Program-made: the position numbers and the translations under genes
Notes under the pieces: generated by a model
What the model was told of the DNA's origin: nothing
The model's input: the letters and a program-made list of their open reading frames with translations, nothing else
The model's database searches: none
Shown here: in pieces, positions 13,045 through 25,438 of the stretch
Numbering within the stretch: the stretch's first letter is position 1
Layout of the letters: every line of letters starts with the position of its first letter
Assembly: GCF_006345805.1 (NCBI RefSeq)
Contig: NC_043014.1
Span: forward strand, 36,580,001 to 36,644,000
Source: Octopus sinensis
Lineage: Eukaryota
Direction of reading: 5' to 3'
Length of the DNA stretch: 64,000 nt

Positions 13045-13368
13045 CTTTTAAAATCTTAGGCTTTGAAGATTCCTTAGCTGAACTACATGTATAGTATGTC
13101 GCATCCTTGCATGTGGGATTAAATTTCCAGCAGGTAATGCTACCTTTATCACCATCAATAGAAGTACAGACGAAACCATTCCTCTGGATTGTTTTCTTAT
13201 AAACTTTTTCATTTTTGTTATATTCAATTTTGTAAACAACTTCGGTGAAGTTTTGTGTCAGACGAAACTCACTAAGATTTCTCACATCGTATCGACATGT
13301 TAAAATTAGTGCAATATTGTGTCTGAACTTAGAGAAACTAGAAGGTGAAAAACTTACCATCTCAACAA
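13045..13368 (-). CDS. Ig V-like domain exon (paralogue C), phase 1-1
   Basis: TTTCTATACAG| ... AAAG|GTAAGT; 324 nt open. xVEMVSFSP...LILTCRYDV...FVCTSIDGDKGSITCWKFNPTCKDATYYTC...SKPKILK has the Ig B-strand C and D-x-x-Y-x-C. Paralogous to 35504-35821. Confidence 0.85.
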
Positions 13369-13481
13369 CTGTATAGAAAAAAAACATAAATCAGAGATAG
13401 ATGTCACAAAAATATATAAGCGATGTTATAGAACTTGGAAGAATAAGAATATGCATATATGCATATATACATATGTGTGTA

Positions 13482-13515
<34 letters not shown>

Positions 13516-13523
13516 CATACATA

Positions 13524-13572
<49 letters not shown>

Positions 13573-13699
13573 CATGGGTCAAGGTTCGGTCCCACTGTGA
13601 CTTGGACAAGTATCTTCTACTATAGCCTCGGGCCGACCAAACAGCCCAGTGAGTGGATTTTGTTGACAGAAACTGAAAGAAGCTCGTCGTATCTATCTA

Positions 13700-13747
<48 letters not shown>

Positions 13748-13757
13748 ATATTATATA

Positions 13758-15307
13758 TATCCACATTGTCCTTATACGATAAGTATATTTTTTTCTCAAG
13801 CTTTGATACGACTCTTAATCTGTCTCTTTTTCTCTCTCTCTCTCTCCTCCCTTATTCCACTCCCTTCTTTCCCTCTCCATCCGTCCCCCCCCTTTCTACG
13901 TTTCTCTATCTCTCTCACCTCCAGCCCCCTCGATCTGTCTCTTTCTTCTCCTCCCTCGTCCACCTTCTCTCCCTTTTCATCTGTCCCTTTCTCCTGTCTT
14001 TTGTTCTCACGTGACAGCTAGCCGCTGTTGAGCGCTCTTTTCGTTTTCAGCAGCCTCAGAAGCAACACGTATTTGTTCGTCTCCCCGTGGCCTTTAGGCA
14101 CAACTTCACAAGCCAGCCCCATTCTCAAATCGTCCTGTCGAAAGACCCTTGTCCTACGTCCTGGTTTTGTTTTGTTGTTTATTTTTTATTTTTTATTTTT
14201 ACCGTTATTGTTTTTACGTTTTTGTATTCTTATTGGTGTCACGTATTCTGTATTTTTGTTTGTGTACTTCGATCGTTTTCCGTCCTTTCGTTGTATACAT
14301 TCGAAGCTTTCTTCCAGGGGATCTAATGCGCTTGGCTTAGATTTCCCTTGGCGGGCTGGCCATATCGGAGCAATCTCAAGATTAATCAGCCGAAATTGCT
14401 AAGATGATCTGGTTCTTGACTGATGACTGAGGGCTTCGAATGTCCCGTCCTGTGGTTCTTGTGTCGTCTCTGTGGTGTTTCATGTTCTTGTCCATGTCTG
14501 TAATTAATTTTACTGTTTACCTATATAATCGGCGGCTACGTATCCACAATTGTCCTTATACGATAAGTATATTTTTTTCTCAAGCTTTGATACGACTCTT
14601 AATCTGTCTCTTTTTCTCTCTCTCTCTCTCTCCTCCCTTATTCCACTCCCTTTCTTTCCCTCTCCATCCGTCCCCCCCCTTTCTACGTTTCTCTATCTCT
14701 CTCACCTCCAGCCCCCTCGATCTGTCTCTTTCTTCTCCTCCCTCGTCCACCTTCTCTCCCTTTTCATCTGTCCCTTTCTCCTGTCTTTTGTTCTCACGTG
14801 ACAGCTAGCCGCTGTTGAGCGCTCTTTTCGTTTTCAGCAGCCTCAGAAGCAACACGTATTTGTTCGTCTCCCCGTGGCCTTTAGGCACAACTTCACAAGC
14901 CAGCCCCATTCTCAAATCGTCCTGTCGAAAGACCCTTGTCCTACGTCTGGTTTTGTTTTGTTGTTTATTTTTTATTTTTTATTTTACCGTTATTGTTTTT
15001 ACGTTTTTGTATTCTTATTGGTGTCACGTATTCTGTATTTTTGTTTGTGTACTTCGATCGTTTTCCGTCCTTTCGTTGTATACATTCGAAGCTTTCTTCC
15101 AGGGGATCTAATGCGCTTGGCTTAGATTTCCCTTGGCGGGCTGGCCATATCGGAGCAATCTCAAGATTAATCAGCCGAAATGCTAAGATGATCTGGTTCT
15201 TGACTGATGACTGAGGGCTTCGAATGTCCCGTCCTGTGGTTCTTGTGTCGTCTCTGTGGTGTTTCATGTTCTTGTCCATGTCTGTAATTAATTTTACTGT
15301 TTACCTA
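13758..15307. repeat. Near-identical direct tandem duplication, period ~783 bp
   Basis: Units start TATCCACA(A)TTGTCC at 13758 and 14541. They differ mainly by single-base indels; flanked by (TA)n. Confidence 0.9.
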
Positions 15308-15323
15308 TATATATATATATATA

Positions 15324-16518
15324 TCTTATTATAAAAGGCAGATTTTATCTGCCTCCCTTTGTCACTTATAGAAATCTACAATATAGGATTTCTTCAATTA
15401 CAATTTACGTAGCATTTTTAAGAGTAGAATGCATCGGGTCATGCCAGGTCCACTTTTTAAAATTTAAACTCCAATTAAGCAAAATTACAGAAAACTCACA
15501 TTCTGGTGTGTATGTCAAATGCTTTTCTTAGTCTGGTTTACAGCACACGCAAACGCACACACACAGTGTGCAACGAATAAAGTGAAACTAGATGTAATAT
15601 TTGTTTCTGTCTATCACGCTGATAGATACATGAGTAAAATGTATGGCAAGCTAAGAGATAAGAGTGAGTGAAAATGTTCTTGGAAGAGAGTAAATAGCGA
15701 CAGAGTGATTTGAGGAAGACTAAACTGAAAGTATGAAACAGTGTTTATGTATAAACAGACGACACTTATATATAGTTATTAATAATGTATGCATCCGTTT
15801 ACCCTTTCGTTACCAAACCGCCCGAATTTATTCATATTTAAATGAGAATATCAGAGTAAATCTCTTTAGTACATTCGTGAAAACACGTATTATACTTCGT
15901 AAACACTTCAAATACAGTTTTGTACAAAAATCGAAGTGTAATTTTAATTCCGTGAATTATGGGAGATTTTTTTCCGAAATTTGTTCCTATTGTGTTTTCA
16001 AAATTTGTAATTCTGACAAAAAATGGATACGAATTTCATTATATCAGCAGCGAGTCAGAATTCGAAGGATTTTCTACTGAAGACCTTCATAAATCTAACT
16101 CTATGACTGAAAAAAAAAAGCATCTTTATATAAGAGTGAAGTTGTGTGTCTGTCTCCTACGATTTAGATTCCTAACTACTCCCACATTTTGCGGTGCAGT
16201 GTAACCAAAACCGGGTATCTTATAGTCGTGATTCATATCGAGCCCTTCTGGGTATTAGCGCGCGTCTACGATGAGTCTACGATTTTTAAAAAATTTACCA
16301 TCATATTTTTCCATTTTAATGCATTTTTTTCGATTTTATATAAGGGAAGTAACTCTCTAAAAATATCTACGATGTGTCAACGATTAAAAAAAAAAATTAC
16401 CTTAATTGTTTTCAATTTTTAATGCATTTGTTTGTTATTTTTTGGCTATAACTCTCTAAAAATGCTTATATAGTTATTTCCCTTACAAACCCGAGCAACG
16501 CCGGGCGATACTGCTAGT
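15324..16518 (+). mobile_element. Composite non-autonomous Helitron
   Basis: 5' TC in (TA)n, a second 5' end near 16122, 3' hairpin CCCGAGCAACGCCGGG followed by CTAGT. Confidence 0.8.
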
Positions 16519-17165
16519 ATTATCTCTATATATAAAACTGAAATGCGTTTTTACCGCTTGGATGGCTTTCAATGCCACTACATCCCGTCCGATTCGCTCC
16601 AAAATTTACAGGGACATGTAGAATGAGGTGACGATGCGCGTGGGCTACCTTAGAAATCTCTATCTTAAAATGTGTGGTTGCTAGGGGCCATCTTCCTACC
16701 TCACCCTATTTCCTCCAGTACTCTGTCACTCCTCTTCATAACTTTCAGAAGTCCACTACGGTTATTTAAAGTATCTGTCACTATCGCTATTTCCTTTCTT
16801 TTTCACTGACTCTGTTTCCTACCTTCCTATCACTTCGGCGGCGTTCTTTTAAGTATATGTCTGTCACCAACAAACAACACACGAGCATGAGAACAAATAT
16901 TATGAATCAGATATTTTTGCGTTCATTTATGTGTGTGTGTGTGTGTGTGTTCTATATATAAATATTTATATATAATGTATGTGTGTGTGTGTGTGTTCTA
17001 TATATAAATATGTATATATAATGTATATATACAAAGTGTATATATCTGTATTTATGTATATTAAACTTTTTCATAGTTATATATATTTTTAAACAAATTA
17101 TAAATATAATTTAATAATTTTTATTTTCAATTTAAATAATTTAAAGTTTTCAATTTTATATTTTA

Positions 17166-17960
17166 CTAGCAGTATCGCCCGGCGTTGCTCGGGTTTGTAA
17201 GGGAAATAACTATATAAGCATTTTTAGTGAGTTATAGCAAAAAAAATAGCAAAAAATGCATTAAAATGGAATAAAAAATTATAGTAATTTTTTTTTTAAA
17301 TCGTTGACTCATCGTAGACATTTTTAGAGAGTTACTTCCCTTATATAATAGCGAAAAATGCATTAAAATGGAATAAAAAATGATGGTAATTTTTTTTTTA
17401 ATCGTTGACTCATCGTAGACATTTTTAGAGACTTACTTTCCTTATATAAAAGCGAAAAATGCATTAAAATGGAATAAAAAATGATGGTAAATTTTTTTTA
17501 AATCGTAGACTCATCGTAGACGCGCGCTAATACCCAGAAGGGCTCGATATGAATCACGACTATAAGATACCCGGTTTTGGTTACACTGCACCGCAAAATG
17601 TGGGAGTAGTTAGGAATCTAAATCGTAGGAGACAGTCACACAACCTTACTTTTATATATAAAAATTTGTGCAACAACTAAAACATTCGGTTGTGCAAATT
17701 GTTTGCACAGGAAACCTGCCCTGTGTGGCGGTTTTTGCCGTTTTTGTGGATCTGTTTCAGCTTTTTTAGCGATTTCTGTTTTGGCGACTTCAAGCCATGA
17801 AGTCGTTGTTCTAAAAGAACGCTGGTCTCCTTGACAACGCATTACGACGTTGATTTCCTTACACTCCCTTCCCCACAGCTTCACGAGGGAGGGAAGAAGG
17901 GGGAGAAGCAACACAGGTGCAGGCGTGAGCGTGCATGCCATCTCCGCCGCCATCGACACA
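17166..17960 (-). mobile_element. Non-autonomous Helitron, same family, inverted, with internal tandem subrepeats
   Basis: ACTAGCAGTATCGCCCGGCGTTGCTCGGG is the reverse complement of the 3' end at 16487-16518. Confidence 0.8.
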
Positions 17961-18199
17961 CAAAAAAATATGCATTAAAATGGAATAAAAAATGATGTTA
18001 AATTATTTTTAAAATCGTAGACTCAGCGTAGACGCGCGCTAATAATGTATATATACAAAGTGTATATATCTGTATTTATGTATATTAAACTTTTTCATAC
18101 TTTTTCATAGTTATATATATTTTTAAACAAATTATAAATATAATTTAATAATTTTTATTTTCAATTTAAATAATTTAAAGTTTTCAATTTTATATTTTA

Positions 18200-18470
18200 C
18201 TAGCAGTATCTCCCGGCGTTGCTCGGGTTTGTAAGGGAAATAACTATATAAGAATTTTTAGTGAGTTATAGCAAAAAAAATAGCAAAAAATGCATTAAAA
18301 ATGGAATAAAAAATGATAGTAAGTTTTTTTTTAAATCGTTGACTCATCGTAGACATTTTTATAGAGTTACTTCCCTTATATAATAGCGAAAAATGCATTA
18401 AAATGGAATAAAAAATGATGGTAATTTTTTTTTTAATCGTTGACTCATCGTAGACATTTTTAGAGAGTTA
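18200..18470 (-). mobile_element. Third Helitron 3' end within a local duplication (17020-17430 ~ 18045-18470)
   Basis: CTAGCAGTATCTCCCGGCGTTGCTCGGG at 18200; the left flank is duplicated too. Confidence 0.75.
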
Positions 18471-18479
18471 TACATATCA

Positions 18480-18840
18480 CCAAGTAACTTAATGGTGCAG
18501 CGGTAGAGGTTGGGACTGAAAACGGTACGTTCATTGGTACCTTTCTCTTCGAATTCTATGACACTGTGCTCAGTGACATGCTGTCAACTTCTTTCTCAGA
18601 ATGCTTCATAGTTCTGCTTAGTGGGTTGGCGTTCCTCTTCATTGGATCCTTTGTAAAACTTCTTGAGAGTTCTCAGTTCGTCCCGTTCACAGCTGGATTT
18701 TGTTGTGTAGCGTGTAGCCATTTTCAAATAGTACCGCCAATTTGTGGTAGCTGGCAGTATGACGTAATGTCGTATTGCCGAAGAAATATGATTGTCGTTT
18801 TCCCGTTGTTTGAAATAAGTGCTCATAGAGGAATTCTGAA
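18480..18840 (-). mobile_element. Hero-like LINE relic (upstream marker of a cluster unit)
   Basis: ERDELRTLKKFYKGSNEEERQP; aligns with 3615-3800. Confidence 0.65.
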
Positions 18841-19807
18841 AATTAGTTAAAGAATATTTTTATGTGATTTCAATTCTTTAAAGTCAAGTTGAGCAGTTAT
18901 AAAAACCCTGAATTTTGGGGAAAACTTTAGTGTTTTGTGGGATGTAACTAAACTCCACGACACTCACTCCTTTGAGACATTGGTTATTTTTTTATGCCAT
19001 GTCTATGAAAAATCTAACAAGACTTGTTTGAATTGTTGAGATCTATATAGTTAGTATGAAGAATTAGTTAACGTAAATTTTAAGTCGTAATTCTCTGCGA
19101 CAAAATTACTTTACTTCAAATTGTATTATAAATATTAAAAATGCTAAATGTAGGTAAATAAAATAATGTAGTAATTATTTTCTCTTTCTTCACGTTCTTC
19201 AGCTTATTAATGAAATGTATTTCTGTAATTATGAAACTATATTTTTTTATAGCGGTTAAAAGAACACGAGTTTATCTATCTTCAACATACATGCACGCAT
19301 AAAATACATAGCCAACAATGAGTGCTGTCACTTCCCTCAGCCATTTATCAGCCACGCCCACTTTACTGCTGACCCACCGATCTTGTATATATCATGTTCA
19401 AATATTCAAACTATTGCCACTCACTTTTGTTGCTTGGTGGAGGCCATCAGACCTGGCGAATTACACTGCAACACAACAAAAATAATGCGTAAATTATCCC
19501 TTATAAGTCGGAAAAAGTTGTCAACAAAATTTCAACGGACAGTTCAGCATAATGGTAAAGCACACATATTGGGGGATGTGGGTTAGAGTCTCATGGCTGT
19601 TTGTTAACCTTTTCCGCTTTATAAGGGTAATTTACTTCATTATTCTTGATGTTCTAACGGCAATACTGCGCTCGGGAAAAGTATCACCTCTTATTTGTAT
19701 CGTAGAATGCCCATTTCCCTCCTTGAAATAGAAACAAGTATATATATAATGAATTCATTTAAACAAAATAATCAAGTAAGACTACATGTGTGTATAAATA
19801 TATATAC

Positions 19808-20200
19808 GGCGCAGGAGTGGCTGTGTGGTAAGTAGCTTGCTTACCAACCACATGGTTCCGGGTTCATTCCCACTGCGTGGCACCTTGGGCAAGTGTCTTC
19901 TACTATAGCCTCGGGCTGACCAAAGCCATGTGAGTGGATTTAGCTGACGGAAACTGAAAGAAGCCCGTCGTATATACGTATATAACGTGTGTGTATATGT
20001 TTGTGTGTCTGTGTTTGTCCCACCACCATTGCTTGACAACCGATGGTGCTGTGTAACTTAGCGGTTCAGCAAAAGAGACCGATAGAATAAGTACTAGGCT
20101 TACAAAGAATAAGTCCTGGGGTCGATTTACTCGACTAGAAGGCGGTGCTCCAGCATGGCTGCAGTCAAATGACTGAAACAAGTAAAAGAGTAAAAGAGAG
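19808..20200 (+). mobile_element. tRNA-derived SINE (second family)
   Basis: GGCGCAGGAGTGGCTGTGTGGTAAG...GGTTCCGGGTTCA... with GTAAAAGA tail; matches 28313-28710. Confidence 0.85.
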
Positions 20201-20500
20201 CAAAGAGTATACATGCATACGCATTCATATATACACATACATATATATGCACGGGTACATACATATATGCACATATGCACACCTATAAAAGGATATTAAA
20301 TAAGAAATGTAGAAATAAGAAAAGATACAGAAATTTGATATGTTAAGTGGGTGGGCTGGATTATAGGAAATGGATCTGAAATATATAAACTAAACCATGC
20401 ATAGCACTGTAAAAACGAGTGTCATTCCTATATATGCCTTCCCTAATTTAGTTGGAAAAAGATAGAGACTATAGGTGAAACTTTGTTTTATTATATCTAT

Positions 20501-20668
20501 TTAGATGCATATGCTTGGGCACGTATGTACAAATATATATTGCACACATACAACCAGACATATTCTTATAATGTTTTCAGCATCAGAAAACAATGAACGG
20601 TAACTGGAGAAAGCACTCAATGTATAGTGTAGCGTCAAATATTTATATCCGGGGAAAACGTGAGTTGG
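20501..20668 (-). CDS. Candidate terminal exon with hydrophobic C-terminus (copy 1)
   Basis: CAG|55 codons + TAA, AATAAA 8 nt after the stop. Versus 63351-63518: no indels, 5 synonymous and 2 non-synonymous changes by hand. Acceptor is weak. Confidence 0.3.
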   Translation of the reverse strand, partial: PTHVFPGYKYLTLHYTLSAFSSYRSLFSDAENIIRICLVVCVQYIFVHTCPSICI

Positions 20669-22010
20669 CTGTTACTTGAAAGATTCGCTGAATCAGGCAG
20701 TAAGCTGAAACAAAAGAAAGTTTTGTCAATTTAGAAAGAAACGATATATATATATATATGTGTGTGTGTGTGAGTGTGTGTGTGTGTGTATACGTGTGTA
20801 CGTAAGTATGTATGTGTGTATGTATGCATGAATGTGTGTGTGTGTGTGTGTAGGTTTGTAGGAAGGTAGGTAGGTTTGTACGTAGGTAGATATGTAGATA
20901 GATAGGTTTGTAGGTAAGTAAGTAGGCCGGCAAGTGGGTAGGTAGCTTTGTAAGAATATATGTATGTATGCTTTTATGTATGTATGTATGTAGGGTTGGA
21001 TAGATGGATGGTTGGATGGATGGATGGATGGATGGATGGATGGATGGATGGATGGATGGATGGATGGATGGATGAGTGGATGTATTTGACCCTAACCTCT
21101 AGCTTCGTAAGAAGTGTTGCTGGAATAAGGCCCTGTAGCTTAGTGGTTCGGCAAAGGTTGCAGTCAAAATAAGTACCTGATATACAAATAAGTGGTGGGG
21201 TCTATTTGTTTGACATTTCAAGGTAGTAACCAAGTATAGTCGTAGTCCAGTGGTTGAAGCAAGTAAAAGAGGACCAATTGAGATGATCTACGTCCAGAAA
21301 TATGGTATGTTCAGTGCTCTAACTCATTTTGCTCGATGAATGCTAATCTAAACATTAAAGAAAATTGATGACAACGATGAGTTTGAAAGAGAAGCGTTGC
21401 AGTGACCAGAAACTATATCAATATTATTTTATATAAGGATAACAAAATCAAAGAAAAGAAAAAGAAACGAAAAAAAGGCATTGGAGGGGCGATGCACACC
21501 CTGTGCGCAAAGAAAACTTTCGTAAATATGAGCGTTGCTTGCCCATGCTTTTAAACTGAACTGAATTAAGCTTGGTAAGTGTTTGAGTAAAAGAGGATTA
21601 GAAGCGTAAGTAAATGACAGCTAAAAGTAGACCTGATCTATGTCTACGAAAAACGCATTTCAGTAAAGTTAGTATATGACTAAATAGATAATTATTCAAA
21701 TAATAATCATGATTATGACAAAGAAAGTGATCAAAATATTGCATAGGATTGCAAAGAAAATATTGCATAGAATTTGAGAAGTGATTTCAACGTCTTTCAA
21801 TGCAGGCAGGCGGATGAAACATACTGTCGTTCGTTGTAGGATACAAGCAATATGACCACTTGCTTATGGGGAAATTTATAAATTCGATTTTTAAAACAAT
21901 TTTCATTAGTCTTTTTAAGTATCATCATTACAGGTATTCATACTTCGGTGAAATTAAGAAATCAACTCATAAATAAATGAAACGATGGAATCCATCACTG
22001 TACACACGCA

Positions 22011-22080
<70 letters not shown>

Positions 22081-22569
22081 GAGTCTCATTTCTATTTATA
22101 TTTATATATGTATTATGTATGTACCCACACGTGTCAACGTGCTTAGGTACTTCATGATCTATACACATGCAGACGAGGGTCGAAGGTATATATGATACTA
22201 ACCGGGTGGTTTCTGTTACTTTTTCGTTTTCGTTTTTGCAAGATCCTTAATGAAGATTGCCCATAAAAAGCAGGATTGCGGCAAATGCTAGAATTTTCGT
22301 AATTATATCCGCACCATTCAATTTATCTGCAATAGAGAGAAAAATATATATTCCTTCCCAAATTTGGTAAAATGTCAGAAATTTCAGAAGAGGGGAAAAA
22401 TCGATTAGGTCGATTCCAGTACTTGACTGGTAACTATTTTATCGATCCCGATAGAATAGAAGTCAAATTCGGTGGAATTTGAACTCAGAAAGTAAAGCCA
22501 CACAAAATGCCTCCAAGCATTTTTCCGGCGTCCAATGTTCCTGCCAGCTCGCCGCCTCAGAAAAGATAA

Positions 22570-25430
22570 TCAAGGATATTGAGGATTTATATAAGCACGT
22601 GTAAACAATAAATAAACAACATCAAGAAATCAGAACTAAATTCCACATTAAAAGGGATAACAAAAAATTGCACAGATCCCGAGTCACCCTGTTCATCATA
22701 GCCATTCTTTGGCATTGCTAGGCAAGCGATTAATAGATTCAAGACTGCAGCTTTGACGAGCTTTGGAAAAACACCTCTAGCAAACGGTGACCGTATTTAC
22801 TCACAATCAAGCAAATGCAGATGTCGTATCCTCAGCGTGTATTTTTTTTTAAATGTTATAAAATCTTTCATGAGGATGTTACTAAGCTTTGTTGGGAAGT
22901 TTTTTTATCTAATGTCTGAGGGGTTTCGTTAAACTTTTACAAACACACGCGCTCTTAAAGAGGAAGTTGTTATTTTTGTGGTAATGGTAGTATTATTTCC
23001 GGTTTATTTTCGGACTTTTGATTTTGGTCATAGATATTCTTTTATTATTGTTTATAATATGGCGTGTTGGCAATTTTTGGATTAATTTCGGATTTAGAAT
23101 TCTTCGTAGCTGTACATCTTCATCGTTTATTTTGTAAAATCAGAATATTTCAAATTTTCCATTTGCACAGATATCTAGTTATTCACTACATAGGACATTC
23201 CTAAGAGATTAATCCCTAATTTATTGTTTATTCTCATTTACACAGCTGGTCAGTTTCCTACCCGTCTCTCCAATGTAGTTTTCATCGCATTGTGGACATG
23301 TGATGCAGCAGATGAGATTTTATTCTTTTGCAATTCATATTTTCATTCACTTTTAATTCCTCTCATTCTTGAGTCATTTGTTTGTGTCTTGCTCAATTAA
23401 TTTCCATGTCCCTCAACGGAGGTGTGTACAGCTGACTACTTGCATCGTTTCTTTTTCAAATGTGAGTCTCGACTTTCTTAGGAATCTCTTGAGGTTAGGT
23501 GGTTGTCTTCGAGTGTTGATAATCTGTGATTTGAAATTATTCGCTGAAGATTTGGTGATTGATGTAGAATATTGGGAGGTGGTGTTAGCCTTAGTGCAGG
23601 ATGCTGTGGTTTCTAGGACTGTGGGTGACTGCACATAGAATATTTGTATTTTTATTTTCACACCTAACCCAAGTGTTTAGCTGTAAGGTAGAGATCGGGA
23701 TTTCCTTTGATTGTTATGGCATGCTGAATTAACTTGTTGGGATATTTTGGTTTCTGAAGGAATATATTAAGTTCTTCCAGTTGTTTCTCTCGTCTAACAG
23801 TATCTGTAACAATTGAGCATATGTGCCTTTCCATATTAAATTGTATGTTTCTTTTTGTATGAGAAAAGTAGCAAGATCTAAAATCTAAATGTTGGTGTGT
23901 GTCTGTGTTCTTGTAGTAGAGGTCAGTTGTAACTGTCTCAGTTTCTTTAATTACTAATAATCATGTTTTAGATGTCTAGAAAGGGTAGTTCCTTTTCAGC
24001 CACTTCCATTGTGAATAGGATTGAGACATGAATGCTATTTGTTAATTTAAGTAATTTTGTAACGCCCTCCTTATTTCGATTAAAAAATATAAAACAGCTA
24101 TTTAAGGATCTTTTCCAGTTTCCTATAAAGTAGGTTTGGAAGTGATGGTCAAAAATAGTTCTGGATAGGATATAGACTTTTTCTTCTGGGTATCCCTTTA
24201 CTAGTGTGGAAAATGTTGGTGCGGCTTTCGTCACCATCGCTGTGCCTTGTATTTGTAGATAATATTGATTATCAAAACTGAAATAGTTGTTTACCCGTAC
24301 TATCTTTAACCCTTCAATTATGAATTCTTTTGAGAATCTCCCCTGAATTCTTTGTGGATGTTTATTTATCCAGAATTCTACTGCTTATAGTTCATATATA
24401 TGGGGAATATTTGCGTAGAGAATAGTTACGACAAATCTAACTAGTTCTATCTCTTTACCCGTCATAGGATATGGATTAAGACGTCAATGTCATCTCTGAT
24501 TTGAGATCAGTTGGATTGGGGAATTTTTATATATAGAGTATGGAGGTCTTTTAAACTGTTGTTGATCTATTTGGATTTACGGAGTTTGGGATGTGCATAA
24601 AAATTACGTTTTCAGGACAAAACTGGTGATGTAAGTCATCGTCAAATTTGTTGATAAATTTGCAAATTTTGCCCATAGTGCGTTTATAAATATTGATATC
24701 TAGTTTTCAGTAGAATTACTGGTCATTGAATTGTTCTAAGACCATTTCCCTGTAATGGGTATTGTCCATTATTTCAATGGCTCCTCCTTTGTCAGCTTCT
24801 TTAATGACTATAGATTAGTCTTCTTGTAGACATTGTAATGCTTTTTGTTCCTCATCTGTAATATTTTGTTTTATAGGGTTTGCTGGAATGTTTAAATTAG
24901 CAGACCTTTTCTGGCATATTATATATTCTTCCGGGTGCTTGTTTCGGTTTATCGGAGATTTAAAAACAGTTTTGTTCTGCAGAAGCGATGAATCATCGTT
25001 GTGATTCTTTTGAAAAAATTACCACTGGAGATATTTTCTGCAAAATTCCTCGGTATCTTTTATAAAATCTGTTGTATTGGATTTAGGAGTTGGTGAGAGT
25101 TTTAGACCATATTGTAAAATTTTTATTTCCCTTTTCATAAAATTCCGTTGTGAGAGGTTGATTATTTTTGAGTAAGTCGGACCAGTATTTTCATGATTCT
25201 TCATATCGGTGAACATAAACAGGATTCGCTACAAACATGGAAACCATTCCTTGTCATCACTCGCCGAATGTTGTAGAGACGTTGAGCAACTATCATGGAG
25301 TCCGTGAAACTTGTTACTCTGCTGAGAGTCTGGCGTCGAAGAGGGAGTTGATGCAATGATTACAGCGGAGAATTGTGAGGACTGTGTCGAAGAGCTGTGT
25401 GGTGTGAGAGAATGAAATTAAACCTGATCA
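22570..25430 (-). mobile_element. Penelope-like element, degenerate, RT + GIY-YIG
   Basis: TKAAPTFSTLV...WKRSLNSCFIF...FTMEVAEKELPFLDI (RT) and ICCITCPQCDENYIGETGRKL (GIY-YIG). Confidence 0.9.
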
Positions 25431-25438
25431 GGAAATTG

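Noticed and set aside
14380-14450. CTGATGA near GAAA/GAAT in the tandem unit, possible hammerhead
   Set aside because: Stems II and III cannot be paired and there is no NUH site in register.
18596-18840. Apparent exon with a strong acceptor (TTTTCAG) and 76-aa ORF
   Set aside because: Translates as a Hero-type LINE relic and has stops in homologous copies.
19425-19470. 41-nt segment between a good acceptor and GTGAGT on the minus strand
   Set aside because: Stops in two frames, no homology to the other units, no supporting signal.
20345-20400. Weak resemblance to the leader exon (ATTTCCTATAATCCAGCCC)
   Set aside because: In-frame TAG at codon 3, no GT donor, and not shared by the 63-kb paralogue; could be chance.
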